DNA of 64,000 bases, from the NCBI GenBank assembly GCA_963809325.1, contig CAWEIZ010000002.1, forward strand, positions 807,130-871,129, in the 5' to 3' direction. This document shows positions 15,714 to 24,445 of this stretch, in pieces. Every line of letters begins with the position of its first letter. The first letter of the stretch is position 1. Position numbers and translations under genes: made by a program. The notes beneath the pieces were generated by a model that ran no database searches, was not told the origin of the DNA, and worked only from the letters and a program-made list of their open reading frames with translations. The DNA comes from an uncultured Actinomycetes bacterium. Lineage in GTDB: Bacteria > Actinomycetota > Thermoleophilia > Gaiellales > JAICJC01.

Positions 15714-17300
15714 CGCCTCGCGGGGCACGCGCGGCTTCGCCGCGTACATCGCGCGGTCTGCGGTGCGGAAGAGCGGGCGCGGATCGTCGCCGTCGCGCGG
15801 GCAGACCGCGACCCCGAAGCCGGCCGCGAGCGCCTCGTCCCGCGCGGCGAACGCCGCGGTCATCGCCTCGCCGACGCGGTCGACCGCCGCCCTCGCCTCG
15901 TCATCGCCGGTTTCCGGCAGGATGAGGGCGAACTCGTCGCCGCCGATGCGAAACGCGGCGTCGGCGGTGCGGAGCGCGCTCGTGAGCACCGCGCCCACGA
16001 CCTCGAGCGCCTCGTCGCCGGCCGCATGGCCGTTCCTGTCGTTCAGGGCCTTGAACCCGTTCAGATCGCAGAGCACGAGGGCCATGGGGTGGCCGTAGCG
16101 CATCGACCGCGACACCTCCTGCTCGAGCCGCTCGTTGAAGGCGCGCCTGTTGAGCAGGCGGGTCAGCGGATCGTGCTCGGCGAGAAACTGCATCTCCTCG
16201 TACTGCGCGGCGGTGTCCAGCGCGGTCGTTGCCTGGTTGGCGAAGACGCGCAACGCCTGGAGCTTGCGCTCGGACGGGACGAGGCGGTCGGTCGGGTCGT
16301 CGGCCCAGATCGTGCCCATGACCTCTCCGGCGCGGCTCCAGAGCGGGACGACGAGCCAGTGGTTTCGCCACGCGAGCGGCCCGCGCCCGCTTCGCGCCGA
16401 CTCGTAGGTGTGGTGCTCGGGAGCGACCCGCTCGAGACCCTGCTGGTGGTCGAGCAGGTAGCAGCCCTCCACCTCGAACTGCGGGTCGAGGAGGCGCTCG
16501 ATCTGGGCGAACGGCATACCCGTGTTCACGGCCGGATCGTCCAGGTCCCACCCGTGAGTGGCGCGCGTCCGGAAGGCGCCCGTCTCGGGGTCCGGCAGGT
16601 CGATGCAGACGTTCTCGAAGCCGAGCGCCGTGTGGATGCCGTCGCACACCGACCGGAGGATCTCGTCGATCGCGAAGGTCTCCGTGAGGCGCGAGGACAC
16701 CTGAAGCAGCTGCTCGAGCGCGGCTCGGTGACGGGCGGCCTGCTCCGCCTCCTGGGTGCTCTGGACGGCGATTCCGGCGTGGTCGGCCATCGCGACGAGC
16801 ACGTCGAGCTCCTCGTCGGTCGGGATGCGGCCGCTGGAGGGCTCGTCGACGGACAGGATGCCGATGAGATGCCCGTCCGGGTGTCGCAGCGGGACGAACA
16901 GGGCGTCGAGCGGATGCCAGCCGTCCGGTCCGGGCCGGGCCGCGACGGGAGGGACGTACGAGCCCGGCGCGTGGGTCTCCCAGTCGAACTCGCCGTGCGG
17001 CACGTGGTAGGCGCCGCGGCGTGAGAAGCGCGAGTCGAGCAGCGGCTCCCACACCTCGCGTCCGCGCGCGTCGCCCAGGAGCCGCTCGGCGTCCGGGCTC
17101 CCGTGCACGGTGGTCACCTCGAAGTCGTCCCACGCCGGGCGGTGCAGGTGCACGGTCACGGTGGCGAAGCCGAGCGACTCGGAGATCGACTTCGCGATCG
17201 ACGCGAGGAGGCCGCCGAGCTCCTCCTCAGACCGCACGACGCGGGTGACCTCGAGGAATCCGCGGAGCCGCGAGAGCGCTTCAGGATCGTGAGGGGTCAC
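15711..17300 (-). CDS. Diguanylate cyclase, GAF-GAF-GGDEF (paralog 1)
   Basis: HDPLTRLLNRR, DLNGFKALND, RTAD I-site and GGDEF; two GAF-like domains; GTG start at 17300. Confidence 0.9.
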   Translation of the reverse strand: MTPHDPEALSRLRGFLEVTRVVRSEEELGGLLASIAKSISESLGFATVTVHLHRPAWDDFEVTTVHGSPDAERLLGDARGREVWEPLLDSRFSRRGAYHVPHGEFDWETHAPGSYVPPVAARPGPDGWHPLDALFVPLRHPDGHLIGILSVDEPSSGRIPTDEELDVLVAMADHAGIAVQSTQEAEQAARHRAALEQLLQVSSRLTETFAIDEILRSVCDGIHTALGFENVCIDLPDPETGAFRTRATHGWDLDDPAVNTGMPFAQIERLLDPQFEVEGCYLLDHQQGLERVAPEHHTYESARSGRGPLAWRNHWLVVPLWSRAGEVMGTIWADDPTDRLVPSERKLQALRVFANQATTALDTAAQYEEMQFLAEHDPLTRLLNRRAFNERLEQEVSRSMRYGHPMALVLCDLNGFKALNDRNGHAAGDEALEVVGAVLTSALRTADAAFRIGGDEFALILPETGDDEARAAVDRVGEAMTAAFAARDEALAAGFGVAVCPRDGDDPRPLFRTADRAMYAAKPRVPREA

Positions 17301-17316
17301 TGCCGTCGTCCTCGGA

Positions 17317-18915
17317 TCATGCGACGAAATGGATGTGGGCGCCGGTGCGCTTGGCCTCGTACATGGCGGCGTCCGCATCCCGCAGGAGCCGCTCGGCGTC
17401 GGTCAGGCCGCCCTCGCCGACGATCACGCCGAAGCTCGCCCGAAGCGGCGTTCCGGCCCGCTCGCCGGCTCCCTCGAGGTTCTCGGCGATGCGCTCGATC
17501 ACGGCTCGCGCCTCGGGGGCGGAGGTCTCGGGGAGGAGCAGCGCGAACTCGTCGCCGCCGATCCGGTACGCGGTGTCGGCGGCGCGCAGCCCGGCGCGCA
17601 GGATGAGCCCGAGCTGCTCGAGGGCGGCGTCGCCCGCCAGGTGCCCGTGGCGGTCGTTCACCGACTTGAACCCGTCGACGTCGAGCACGACCAGCGTGAA
17701 CGGGCGCCCGTAGCGGGTCGACCGCGTCATCTCGGCCTCCAGCCTGACCGCGAACGCGTGGCGGTTCAGGAGGCGGGTGAGCGGGTCGTGCTCGGCGAGG
17801 AACCGGACCTCCTCGAGGCGCCCCGCCGAGTCGAGCGCCGCGGTGGCCTGGTTCGCGAAGACCCGCAGCGCCTGCATGAGCTGCCGCGACGGGACGAGCC
17901 GGTCCTCGGGATCGTCGGCCCAGATGACGGCGATCACCTTGCCCTCGCGGTCGAGGAGCGGGACGACGAGCCAGTGCCTGTCCCAGGCCCAGGGGCCACG
18001 GCCGTTCATCACCGACCGGTACATGCGGTGGCCGGCCGGGAGCCGCAACATCGCCTGCTCGTGCGTGAGCAGGTAGCAGCCCTCGACCTCGAACGGCGGG
18101 TCGAGAAGGGGCGCGAGCTCCCACATCGAGAGCGGAGCGTTCTGGGCCAGCTCGTCGAGCGTCCAGCCGGCCGTCGCACGCGTGATGAACACCCCCGTCC
18201 CGGCGTCGGGGAGCTGAATCGAGACCTTCCGGAACCCCAGCGAGTGCCCGATCCCCTCGCAGGTCGCCTGGAGGATCGCCTCGACCGACGGCGTCTCGGC
18301 GAGCCGCGACGACACCTGCAGGAGCTCGCGAAGCGCGAGCCGGTGATGGGCGGCCGCGGCCTTCTCCTGGAAGCTCTGGAGGGCGAGGGCGACGTGGTCG
18401 GCGACCGCCACGAGCACCTCCAGCTCCTCGTCCGACGGGCGCGTGCCCGTGTAGGGCTCACCGACCGACAGGATCCCCAGCATGTGCCCGTCGGAGTGGA
18501 GCATCGGCACGAACAGCTCGTCGTCGGGGTGCCACGCGTCGGGGTCGGCGCTCGGCTCCCAGGCGGGGACGTACCGCTTGCCGACGTCGCCCTCCCAGTC
18601 GAACGTCCCGTGCGGGATCAGATAGGTGCCGCGGCGCTCGAACCGCTCGTCGAGGAGCGGAGCCCACGCGGCCCAGTCGAGGGTGTCGCCGAGGAGCGCC
18701 CGGCGTGCGTCGTCGGAGCCGTGCACCGTCGTCACCTCGAAGTCGTTCCACGCGGGACGGTAGAGGTTGATGACGACGGTGTGGAACCCGAGCGAGGTCG
18801 CGATCGAATCCGCGATGGCCTCGAGCAGGGCCGATTGCTCGGTCCCTTCCCGGACGAGCCGGGTGACCTCCAGGAGGCCGCGAAGGCGGTCGATGGTCGA
18901 CGGGTTCTCGGGCAT
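17317..18915 (-). CDS. Diguanylate cyclase, GAF-GAF-GGDEF (paralog 2)
   Basis: HDPLTRLLNRH, DVDGFKSVND, RAAD I-site and GGDEF; collinear with paralog 1; ATG at 18915. Confidence 0.9.
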   Translation of the reverse strand: MPENPSTIDRLRGLLEVTRLVREGTEQSALLEAIADSIATSLGFHTVVINLYRPAWNDFEVTTVHGSDDARRALLGDTLDWAAWAPLLDERFERRGTYLIPHGTFDWEGDVGKRYVPAWEPSADPDAWHPDDELFVPMLHSDGHMLGILSVGEPYTGTRPSDEELEVLVAVADHVALALQSFQEKAAAAHHRLALRELLQVSSRLAETPSVEAILQATCEGIGHSLGFRKVSIQLPDAGTGVFITRATAGWTLDELAQNAPLSMWELAPLLDPPFEVEGCYLLTHEQAMLRLPAGHRMYRSVMNGRGPWAWDRHWLVVPLLDREGKVIAVIWADDPEDRLVPSRQLMQALRVFANQATAALDSAGRLEEVRFLAEHDPLTRLLNRHAFAVRLEAEMTRSTRYGRPFTLVVLDVDGFKSVNDRHGHLAGDAALEQLGLILRAGLRAADTAYRIGGDEFALLLPETSAPEARAVIERIAENLEGAGERAGTPLRASFGVIVGEGGLTDAERLLRDADAAMYEAKRTGAHIHFVA

Positions 18916-18991
18916 GGTGCGGCAGAAGGATCGGCCAAGCTGGAGCCGGGGTGAAGGGCCGTCCTCTAGGTTTGTCGGGACTATGCGGGAA

Positions 18992-19810
18992 ATGGTTGAG
19001 CGGAAATCTGTGTTTGTTGCAATTTTTGCAGTTCTTGTCACTGCTTGTGGCCAGGCGAGCGAGCCTTCCGTCGACATTCCTGCGGGCGCCACGGCGCTCG
19101 CAATCGCCCCGGATTACGCCGGAACGATCTGGGAGACGGCGGGTGCACACGTCTACCGCTCGCGGGACGGCGGCCACAGCTGGCACGGGATGGCGCACAC
19201 CGGGGCGATCGGCGTGGCGTTCCTCGAGAAGCGCGTCGTGGTGGTCGACGGCACGAACGTCGGCGTCGGCGGCTTCGGGGCCGCGCGCCTCGCCCAGCAC
19301 CCGGCGGGGAGGCCGATCGTGGCCATCACATCGCCGTACTACCGCACGAACCGGCTCTACGGGCTCGATGCGAGCGGGCGGCTCTGGCTGTCGGTGCGCG
19401 GCGGCCGGCCGTGGGCCCCGCTTCGGGCCACCGGCCTTCCGTCCGGCTGTGGCGCGCTCTCGGCGGTGCGCGGCGACCCGTTGAAGGCGGACGTGGTCTA
19501 CGTGGCGTGCGGGCCGGCGGGGCTCTGGCGCTCGTCCAACTTCGGGGCGTCGTTCACGCGGCTCGCGAACGCCCCGGATGCGACGGCCGTCGCGACGACG
19601 ACCGACGACCACGAGCGCGTACTCGTTGCCGACGGTGCGGGCCTCGTCCTCTCGACGAACGGCGGCCGCACGTTCCGGCGCGTGGCGCGGGTGGCGGGCG
19701 TCTCGGCGGTCGCGTTCGACCTTCGCAACTACCTGATCTGCTACGCCGCGACCGGCCGCACGCTCCTGCGATCGGCCGACGGGGGCGTCACGTGGTCGAT
19801 CCCGCGCTGA
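18992..19810 (+). CDS. Secreted lipoprotein with BNR/Asp-box repeats (beta-propeller)
   Basis: Lipobox VLVTAC; repeats SRDGGHSW, SSNFGASF, STNGGRTF, SADGGVTW. Confidence 0.82.
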   Translation: MVERKSVFVAIFAVLVTACGQASEPSVDIPAGATALAIAPDYAGTIWETAGAHVYRSRDGGHSWHGMAHTGAIGVAFLEKRVVVVDGTNVGVGGFGAARLAQHPAGRPIVAITSPYYRTNRLYGLDASGRLWLSVRGGRPWAPLRATGLPSGCGALSAVRGDPLKADVVYVACGPAGLWRSSNFGASFTRLANAPDATAVATTTDDHERVLVADGAGLVLSTNGGRTFRRVARVAGVSAVAFDLRNYLICYAATGRTLLRSADGGVTWSIPR

Positions 19811-20210
19811 CCGCCTCTCCGAGCCAGGCCGGCACGCGGACCGGGCGCATCGACGCGCGGTTGACACAGGCATGGCGTGTGAAGCCGCGACAGGCGACCT
19901 CGCCGTCGCGGACGAGCTCGTAGCCGAAGGTGAAGCTCGCGCCGCGCACCGCCGTGCAGGCGCACTCGACGGTGAACTCGTCGTCGAACCGCAGCGCCCG
20001 CAGGTACTCGGCGTGCGCCTCGACGACGACCATGTCCATCCCGCCGGCGTGCACGTCGGCGTAGCTGTGGCCCAGCTCGCGGAGGTACTCGACGCGGCCG
20101 ACCTCGAACCACGCCAGGTACGCGGCGTTGTTGGCGACGCCCATTGCGTCGGTCTCGCCGAAGCGGACTCGCAGGCGGACGGCGGTGCGGCGGGCCCCGG
20201 CGGAGATCAC
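19788..20210 (-). CDS. Acyl-CoA thioesterase (YbgC/4HBT hot-dog fold)
   Basis: RVRFGETDAMGVANNAAYLAWFEVGR. Confidence 0.9.
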   Translation of the reverse strand: MISAGARRTAVRLRVRFGETDAMGVANNAAYLAWFEVGRVEYLRELGHSYADVHAGGMDMVVVEAHAEYLRALRFDDEFTVECACTAVRGASFTFGYELVRDGEVACRGFTRHACVNRASMRPVRVPAWLGEAVSAGSTT

Positions 20211-20260
20211 CCCCGCGAGGGTACTGGAAAACCGTCCGGGGCCGCTGGTACATTGGGGTT

Positions 20261-20569
20261 ATGGACGATCGAAAAAGCATCATCGACCGGATCACCGGCG
20301 CCACCGAGGACACCGTCGCCCGCATGCAGCAGGAGATGTCGCAGAGCACCGTCGTGAACGCGACGAAGGAGCGCGCCACGGCAATGCGCCAGCGCGCCCA
20401 GCAGGCGGCCATGTCGCAGCTTCAGGTGGCCACGCGCGAGGACGTCGCCCGTCTCCAGGCGTCGCTCGATCGCGTCGAGGCCGCGCTGAACGACCTCGCC
20501 AAGCGCCTGCCCGAGAGCAAGCCGCGGCCGCGGCCGCGGGCTCCGAAGCCGGCGACGCCGAGCGACTGA
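20261..20569 (+). CDS. Phasin / PHA-granule-associated-like coiled-coil protein
   Basis: Helical protein with LQVATREDVARLQASLDRVE and a Pro/Lys/Arg-rich tail; TACATT 6 nt before the ATG. Confidence 0.6.
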   Translation: MDDRKSIIDRITGATEDTVARMQQEMSQSTVVNATKERATAMRQRAQQAAMSQLQVATREDVARLQASLDRVEAALNDLAKRLPESKPRPRPRAPKPATPSD

Positions 20570-20576
20570 CCCGCCG

Positions 20577-21485
20577 CTACCCGGGCACGCGCAGCCGAAG
20601 CGCGGCCGGCACGATCTCGAACGTCATGGGTGTGAGGCCCGGCGTCTCGCCGTCCGCTTCGATCGGAAGCGGGCGCGATGGCTCGACCGTCACGCGACGC
20701 GCACGGCTGATGTCGGCCTTGGGATGGCCGATATGCGTGCCGCGGTAGAGCTTGTGCAGGTTCCGGGCCAGATCGGCCTTGCCGACGTCGCCCCACACGA
20801 GCACGTCGAGCAGCCCGTCGCTCGGGTCGGCCATCGGCATGATCCGCATGCCGCTCGCGTAGAACCGGCAGTTCGCGACGATGACGTTGTTGCAGACCTG
20901 GTCGAGCTCGCGCTCGTCGATCTGCACGCGAAACCGGCTGTTGCGGTACCCCGCGAACGTCACGATCGTCCCCCATGCGAAGGCGATCGTGGCCCCGAGC
21001 GGCTTTCCCGACCGGTTGACCCGGTCGGCGGCCACGCCCGTCAGGCCGGCGCTGGCCACGTTGCAGAAGATGCGGGAAGCGGGCCGGCCGTCCCAGTCGG
21101 TGAACCGGACCCGGCCGAGATCGATCGTCCGGACGGCCGAGCCGGACGCCGTGGCGACGGCGCGGTCGACATGCTTTGAGATCTCGAAGGTCTTCACGAA
21201 GTCGCATCCGGAGCCGCGCGGGATCACCGCCAGCTCCGCCGCGGGGTTGACGGCGGAGTCGCCGTCGAAGAACCCGTTTGCGACCTCGGACACCGTGCCG
21301 TCGCCGCCCACCGCCACGATCAGCCCGGCACCCTCGCGCAGCGCGGCGCGCGTCAGCTCGGACGCGTGCCCGGCAGCCTCGGTCGCGCGCACGTCGAGGT
21401 CGAGGCCGCGCGCCGCGGCGGCCCGGGCGATCTCGGGCCAGCGCCGCGCCGTGCGCCCGTGGTCGGACGCGGGGTTCACGACCAT
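20577..21485 (-). CDS. Diacylglycerol/lipid kinase family (YegS/BmrU/Rv2252)
   Basis: VVNPAS, AVGGDGTVSEV, IPRGSGCDF, EADGE. Confidence 0.9.
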   Translation of the reverse strand: MVVNPASDHGRTARRWPEIARAAAARGLDLDVRATEAAGHASELTRAALREGAGLIVAVGGDGTVSEVANGFFDGDSAVNPAAELAVIPRGSGCDFVKTFEISKHVDRAVATASGSAVRTIDLGRVRFTDWDGRPASRIFCNVASAGLTGVAADRVNRSGKPLGATIAFAWGTIVTFAGYRNSRFRVQIDERELDQVCNNVIVANCRFYASGMRIMPMADPSDGLLDVLVWGDVGKADLARNLHKLYRGTHIGHPKADISRARRVTVEPSRPLPIEADGETPGLTPMTFEIVPAALRLRVPG

Positions 21486-21504
21486 GACCCCGGTCGCCGT
21501 GGGG

Positions 21505-22218
21505 CTAATGGTCGTCCACCGCGGCCGCCAGCGCCAGCCGGGTCATCCGCTCGACGGCCGCGGCGAGGTCGTCGTCGCTGATCCGCACGAACTCCTCGCC
21601 GCCGACGAGGTCCGAGACGACCAGCACGCACGCGGCCGCGACGCCGCGAAGCGCGGCGATCGTGAAGAGCACGGCCGCCTCCATCTCGACCGCGAGGACT
21701 CCGCGGGCCGCCCAGCGGCGATGCCGCTCGGGGTCGGGGTCGTAGAACGTGTCGGAGCTGACGATGGGGCCGACGTGCGGCCGGATGTCCATGCCCTTGG
21801 CCGCGTGCACGATCCCGTGGGTCACGCCGAAGTCCGCCGTGGGGGCGTGCGGCTCGCCGCCCGTGTAGTGAAGGGCCGTGCGGTCGGCGGGGACGGCCGA
21901 GATGCCGACCACGACGTCGCCCATCGCGAGCGTGCTCGAGAGCCCGCCGCAGGTGCCGACCCGGATCAGCCGCGTCACGCCGAGCTGGATCAGCTCCTCG
22001 ATCACGATGGCGGCGCTCGGGCACCCCATGCCCGTCGCCTGCACCGACACGGGGCGGCCCTGGTGGGTGCCCGTGTAGCCGAGCAGGCCGCGCTCGCCGT
22101 TCACCTGGCGCGCGTCGTCCATGAACTCGCGCGCGATCCGCTCGGCCCGGAGCGGATCGCCCGGGAGGAGGACGGCGGGCGCGTAGTCGCCCGGCTCTGC
22201 GCGCAGGTGGATCGGCAC
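21505..22218 (-). CDS. deoD: Purine nucleoside phosphorylase, DeoD type
   Basis: LLPGDPLRA, RGLLGYTG, TGMGCPSAAI, IRVGTCG, AVEMEAA. Confidence 0.9.
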   Translation of the reverse strand: MPIHLRAEPGDYAPAVLLPGDPLRAERIAREFMDDARQVNGERGLLGYTGTHQGRPVSVQATGMGCPSAAIVIEELIQLGVTRLIRVGTCGGLSSTLAMGDVVVGISAVPADRTALHYTGGEPHAPTADFGVTHGIVHAAKGMDIRPHVGPIVSSDTFYDPDPERHRRWAARGVLAVEMEAAVLFTIAALRGVAAACVLVVSDLVGGEEFVRISDDDLAAAVERMTRLALAAAVDDH

Positions 22219-22238
22219 GGCGGCGGGACTCTACCCCC

Positions 22239-23108
22239 TCACGCCGTGGCGACGACGCCCAGCGCCGAGCCGGGGGCGCTGTAGCCGCTCCCGGTCCGGA
22301 ACGGCTCGACGGCCTCGCGCACGGCGCCGGCCAGCCGCGTGCGCTCGGCGTCCGTCAGCGTCGGGAGAAGCCGCGTGATCGCTCCGTTCAGGGAGGACTG
22401 CGTCCGCCAGTACGTCTCGAAGTCAGGGTATCTCCAGGCGACGGGGATCGACTCGAGGTGGATCTCGCCGAACCCGGCCGCCGAGAGGAGCGAGCCCAGC
22501 CGGCCCCGGTCGGCCAGCGTGAACATGCCCGGGCCGCCCGGACGGGCCTGAGGGATGTCGGTCATCCGCTCGATCACGTCCCACAACACCGGCGCCCACG
22601 GGTTCCGTTCGACCGTGTCCCACACCGCCGCGGCGAGCCGGGCGCCGGGGCGAAGGACGCGGTGGATCTCGCCGAGCGCGGCGGCGATGTCCGGGACGAG
22701 CATGAGCACCATCCGGGAGATCACCCCGTCGACGGCGGCGTCGGGGAGGTCGATCGCCTCGATGTCGAGCACGCGGAGCTCGACGTTCGTGAGGTCGAGC
22801 TCGGCTGCCCGGCGCTCCGCGGCGGCGAGCATCGCAGTCGAGCGGTCGCTCACGATGACCCGCCCGCCGGGCGACACGAGCCGCGCGGCGATGAGCCCGG
22901 TCTCGGCGGTGCCGGCTCCGAGCTCGAGGATGGTCTGGCCGGGCTCCGGGGCCAGGCGCTCGATCATCCAGTCGGTCAGCGGCCCCATGGCCGCCTGCAG
23001 GGCCTCTCGCTCGCGCTCCCACCCGGCGGCGGCGTGCTGCCAATTCCTGTAGCTGCGCCGACGGTACTCGTCGGCATCGCCGGGGCTGGTAGTTTCCGTG
23101 GGATGCAT
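22239..23108 (-). CDS. Class I SAM-dependent methyltransferase
   Basis: ILELGAGTAETG motif I, VLDIEAIDLPD, EIHRVLRPG; GAGGG RBS 7 nt upstream of the ATG. Confidence 0.85.
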   Translation of the reverse strand: MHPTETTSPGDADEYRRRSYRNWQHAAAGWEREREALQAAMGPLTDWMIERLAPEPGQTILELGAGTAETGLIAARLVSPGGRVIVSDRSTAMLAAAERRAAELDLTNVELRVLDIEAIDLPDAAVDGVISRMVLMLVPDIAAALGEIHRVLRPGARLAAAVWDTVERNPWAPVLWDVIERMTDIPQARPGGPGMFTLADRGRLGSLLSAAGFGEIHLESIPVAWRYPDFETYWRTQSSLNGAITRLLPTLTDAERTRLAGAVREAVEPFRTGSGYSAPGSALGVVATA

Positions 23109-23921
23109 GCGCAAACCCTCGCTGTGGACGGCCTCCGTGTCAATGTGGCCGAGTGGGGTGCGGGCGACCCGGTCGTGCTGCTGCACGGGCTCACGGGCTC
23201 GCTCGACTACTGGGCGCCGTTCGCCGAGCGGCTCGGGCGCTCGCACCGCGTCATCGCCGTCGACGTCCCCGGCCACGGCGACTCGGATGTGCTCGACCCG
23301 TTCTCGTTCACGGAGGCCGTACGGCTCATGGGCGAGGCGATCGACCAGATCGGCGTCGATCGGCCCGCGGTCGTCGGCCACTCCTTCGGGGCGCCGCTGG
23401 CGATCACCTGGGCGGCGGAGCGGCCGGTGTCGGCGATGGTGCTCGCCTCCCCGGTCGGCATGGCGCCGTTCAGCCTTCGCCGGGCCCGGTTCATCATGCC
23501 GTTCCACCGCGCGATCGCGGCCACCGAGCGGCTGTGGGAGAGGCCGGCGGCCAGCCGTCGCCTGCCCCGCAAGCTGGTCTTCGGCTGGTTCGTCGGCATG
23601 TCCCGGACCGAGGGCCTCGACGTGCCGGCCGCGCGCCGGCTCCTGCGCGGGGCGGCCAGGGCCGCGCCGATCGTCCCCGGCGTCCTGCCGGCCCTCGCGT
23701 CGCTCGATCTGCCGGCGCTGATCGAGCGCGTCCACACCCGCTCGCTCATCATCTGGGGCGAGCACGACCGCAGCGGCTGGGAGAACGGCCCGGCGCTGGC
23801 CGAGGCGCTCGCCGGCGAGGAGCTCGTGCTGCCGGGCGTCGGGCACATGCCGATGATCGAGGCGCCGTACTCGTTCGGCGTCGCGGTGGCGGAGTTCGTG
23901 GGCGCGTCGGTGCCGGCGTGA
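23103..23921 (+). CDS. Alpha/beta hydrolase
   Basis: VVLLHG, VGHSFG, IWGEHD, GHMP; TAGTTT 7 nt upstream of the ATG. Confidence 0.88.
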   Translation: MHAQTLAVDGLRVNVAEWGAGDPVVLLHGLTGSLDYWAPFAERLGRSHRVIAVDVPGHGDSDVLDPFSFTEAVRLMGEAIDQIGVDRPAVVGHSFGAPLAITWAAERPVSAMVLASPVGMAPFSLRRARFIMPFHRAIAATERLWERPAASRRLPRKLVFGWFVGMSRTEGLDVPAARRLLRGAARAAPIVPGVLPALASLDLPALIERVHTRSLIIWGEHDRSGWENGPALAEALAGEELVLPGVGHMPMIEAPYSFGVAVAEFVGASVPA

Positions 23922-24445
23922 CCGCCGACCCGTGGCACTGCGAGGCGTGCGGCGCCGCCTACGACATGGCCTCCCGCACGCTCGAGGTCGGCCTCGTCCG
24001 GCTGGCGCTCCATGGGACGGACGGGTTCAAGCTGGGGAGCGAGGGCATCGAGGCCGACGTCGCGGAGCTGCTCGAGCCGTGCAGCTGCGGCGGGCGGATT
24101 GCGCCGGGCGGCGAGGCTGCGGTACTGGGGTCTGACCCCGTCTTTGCAGCCGAGGCGGTGCGGCCGCCGGCGAGCAGGGGGTGGGAGGTGCTCGAGGGCG
24201 CCGACGATCCGGGCCTTCGCCGGCTGCGCGAGGTCTGGCGGCCGCGGGCGCTTCGGCTGCTCGGCCGGGAGGCGGAGCTCACCCCCGAGGATGTCCTCGG
24301 GCTGCGCCTCGAGCAGCGGCTGGCCGGCCTCCAGGCCGAGATCGATCGGGCCCGGGCGGCCGGTGACGACGACGCCGCGCAGATGGCGCACGCACGCTAC
24401 ATCGAGCTCGGGACGAGCTATGCCCGGCGGTTCGCTGCTCGTTGA
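23918..24445 (+). CDS. Hypothetical protein with Zn-ribbon-like Cys pairs and a C-terminal coiled coil
   Basis: GTGA overlap with the hydrolase; WHCEACG and PCSCGG; contains an in-frame REP palindrome. Confidence 0.65.
   Translation: MTADPWHCEACGAAYDMASRTLEVGLVRLALHGTDGFKLGSEGIEADVAELLEPCSCGGRIAPGGEAAVLGSDPVFAAEAVRPPASRGWEVLEGADDPGLRRLREVWRPRALRLLGREAELTPEDVLGLRLEQRLAGLQAEIDRARAAGDDDAAQMAHARYIELGTSYARRFAAR
24117..24149. repeat. 33-bp REP-like palindrome inside a CDS
   Basis: CTGCGGTACT-GGGGTCTGACCCC-GTCTTTGCAG; the unit and one flanking base on each side read AAVLGSDPVFAA. Confidence 0.7.
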
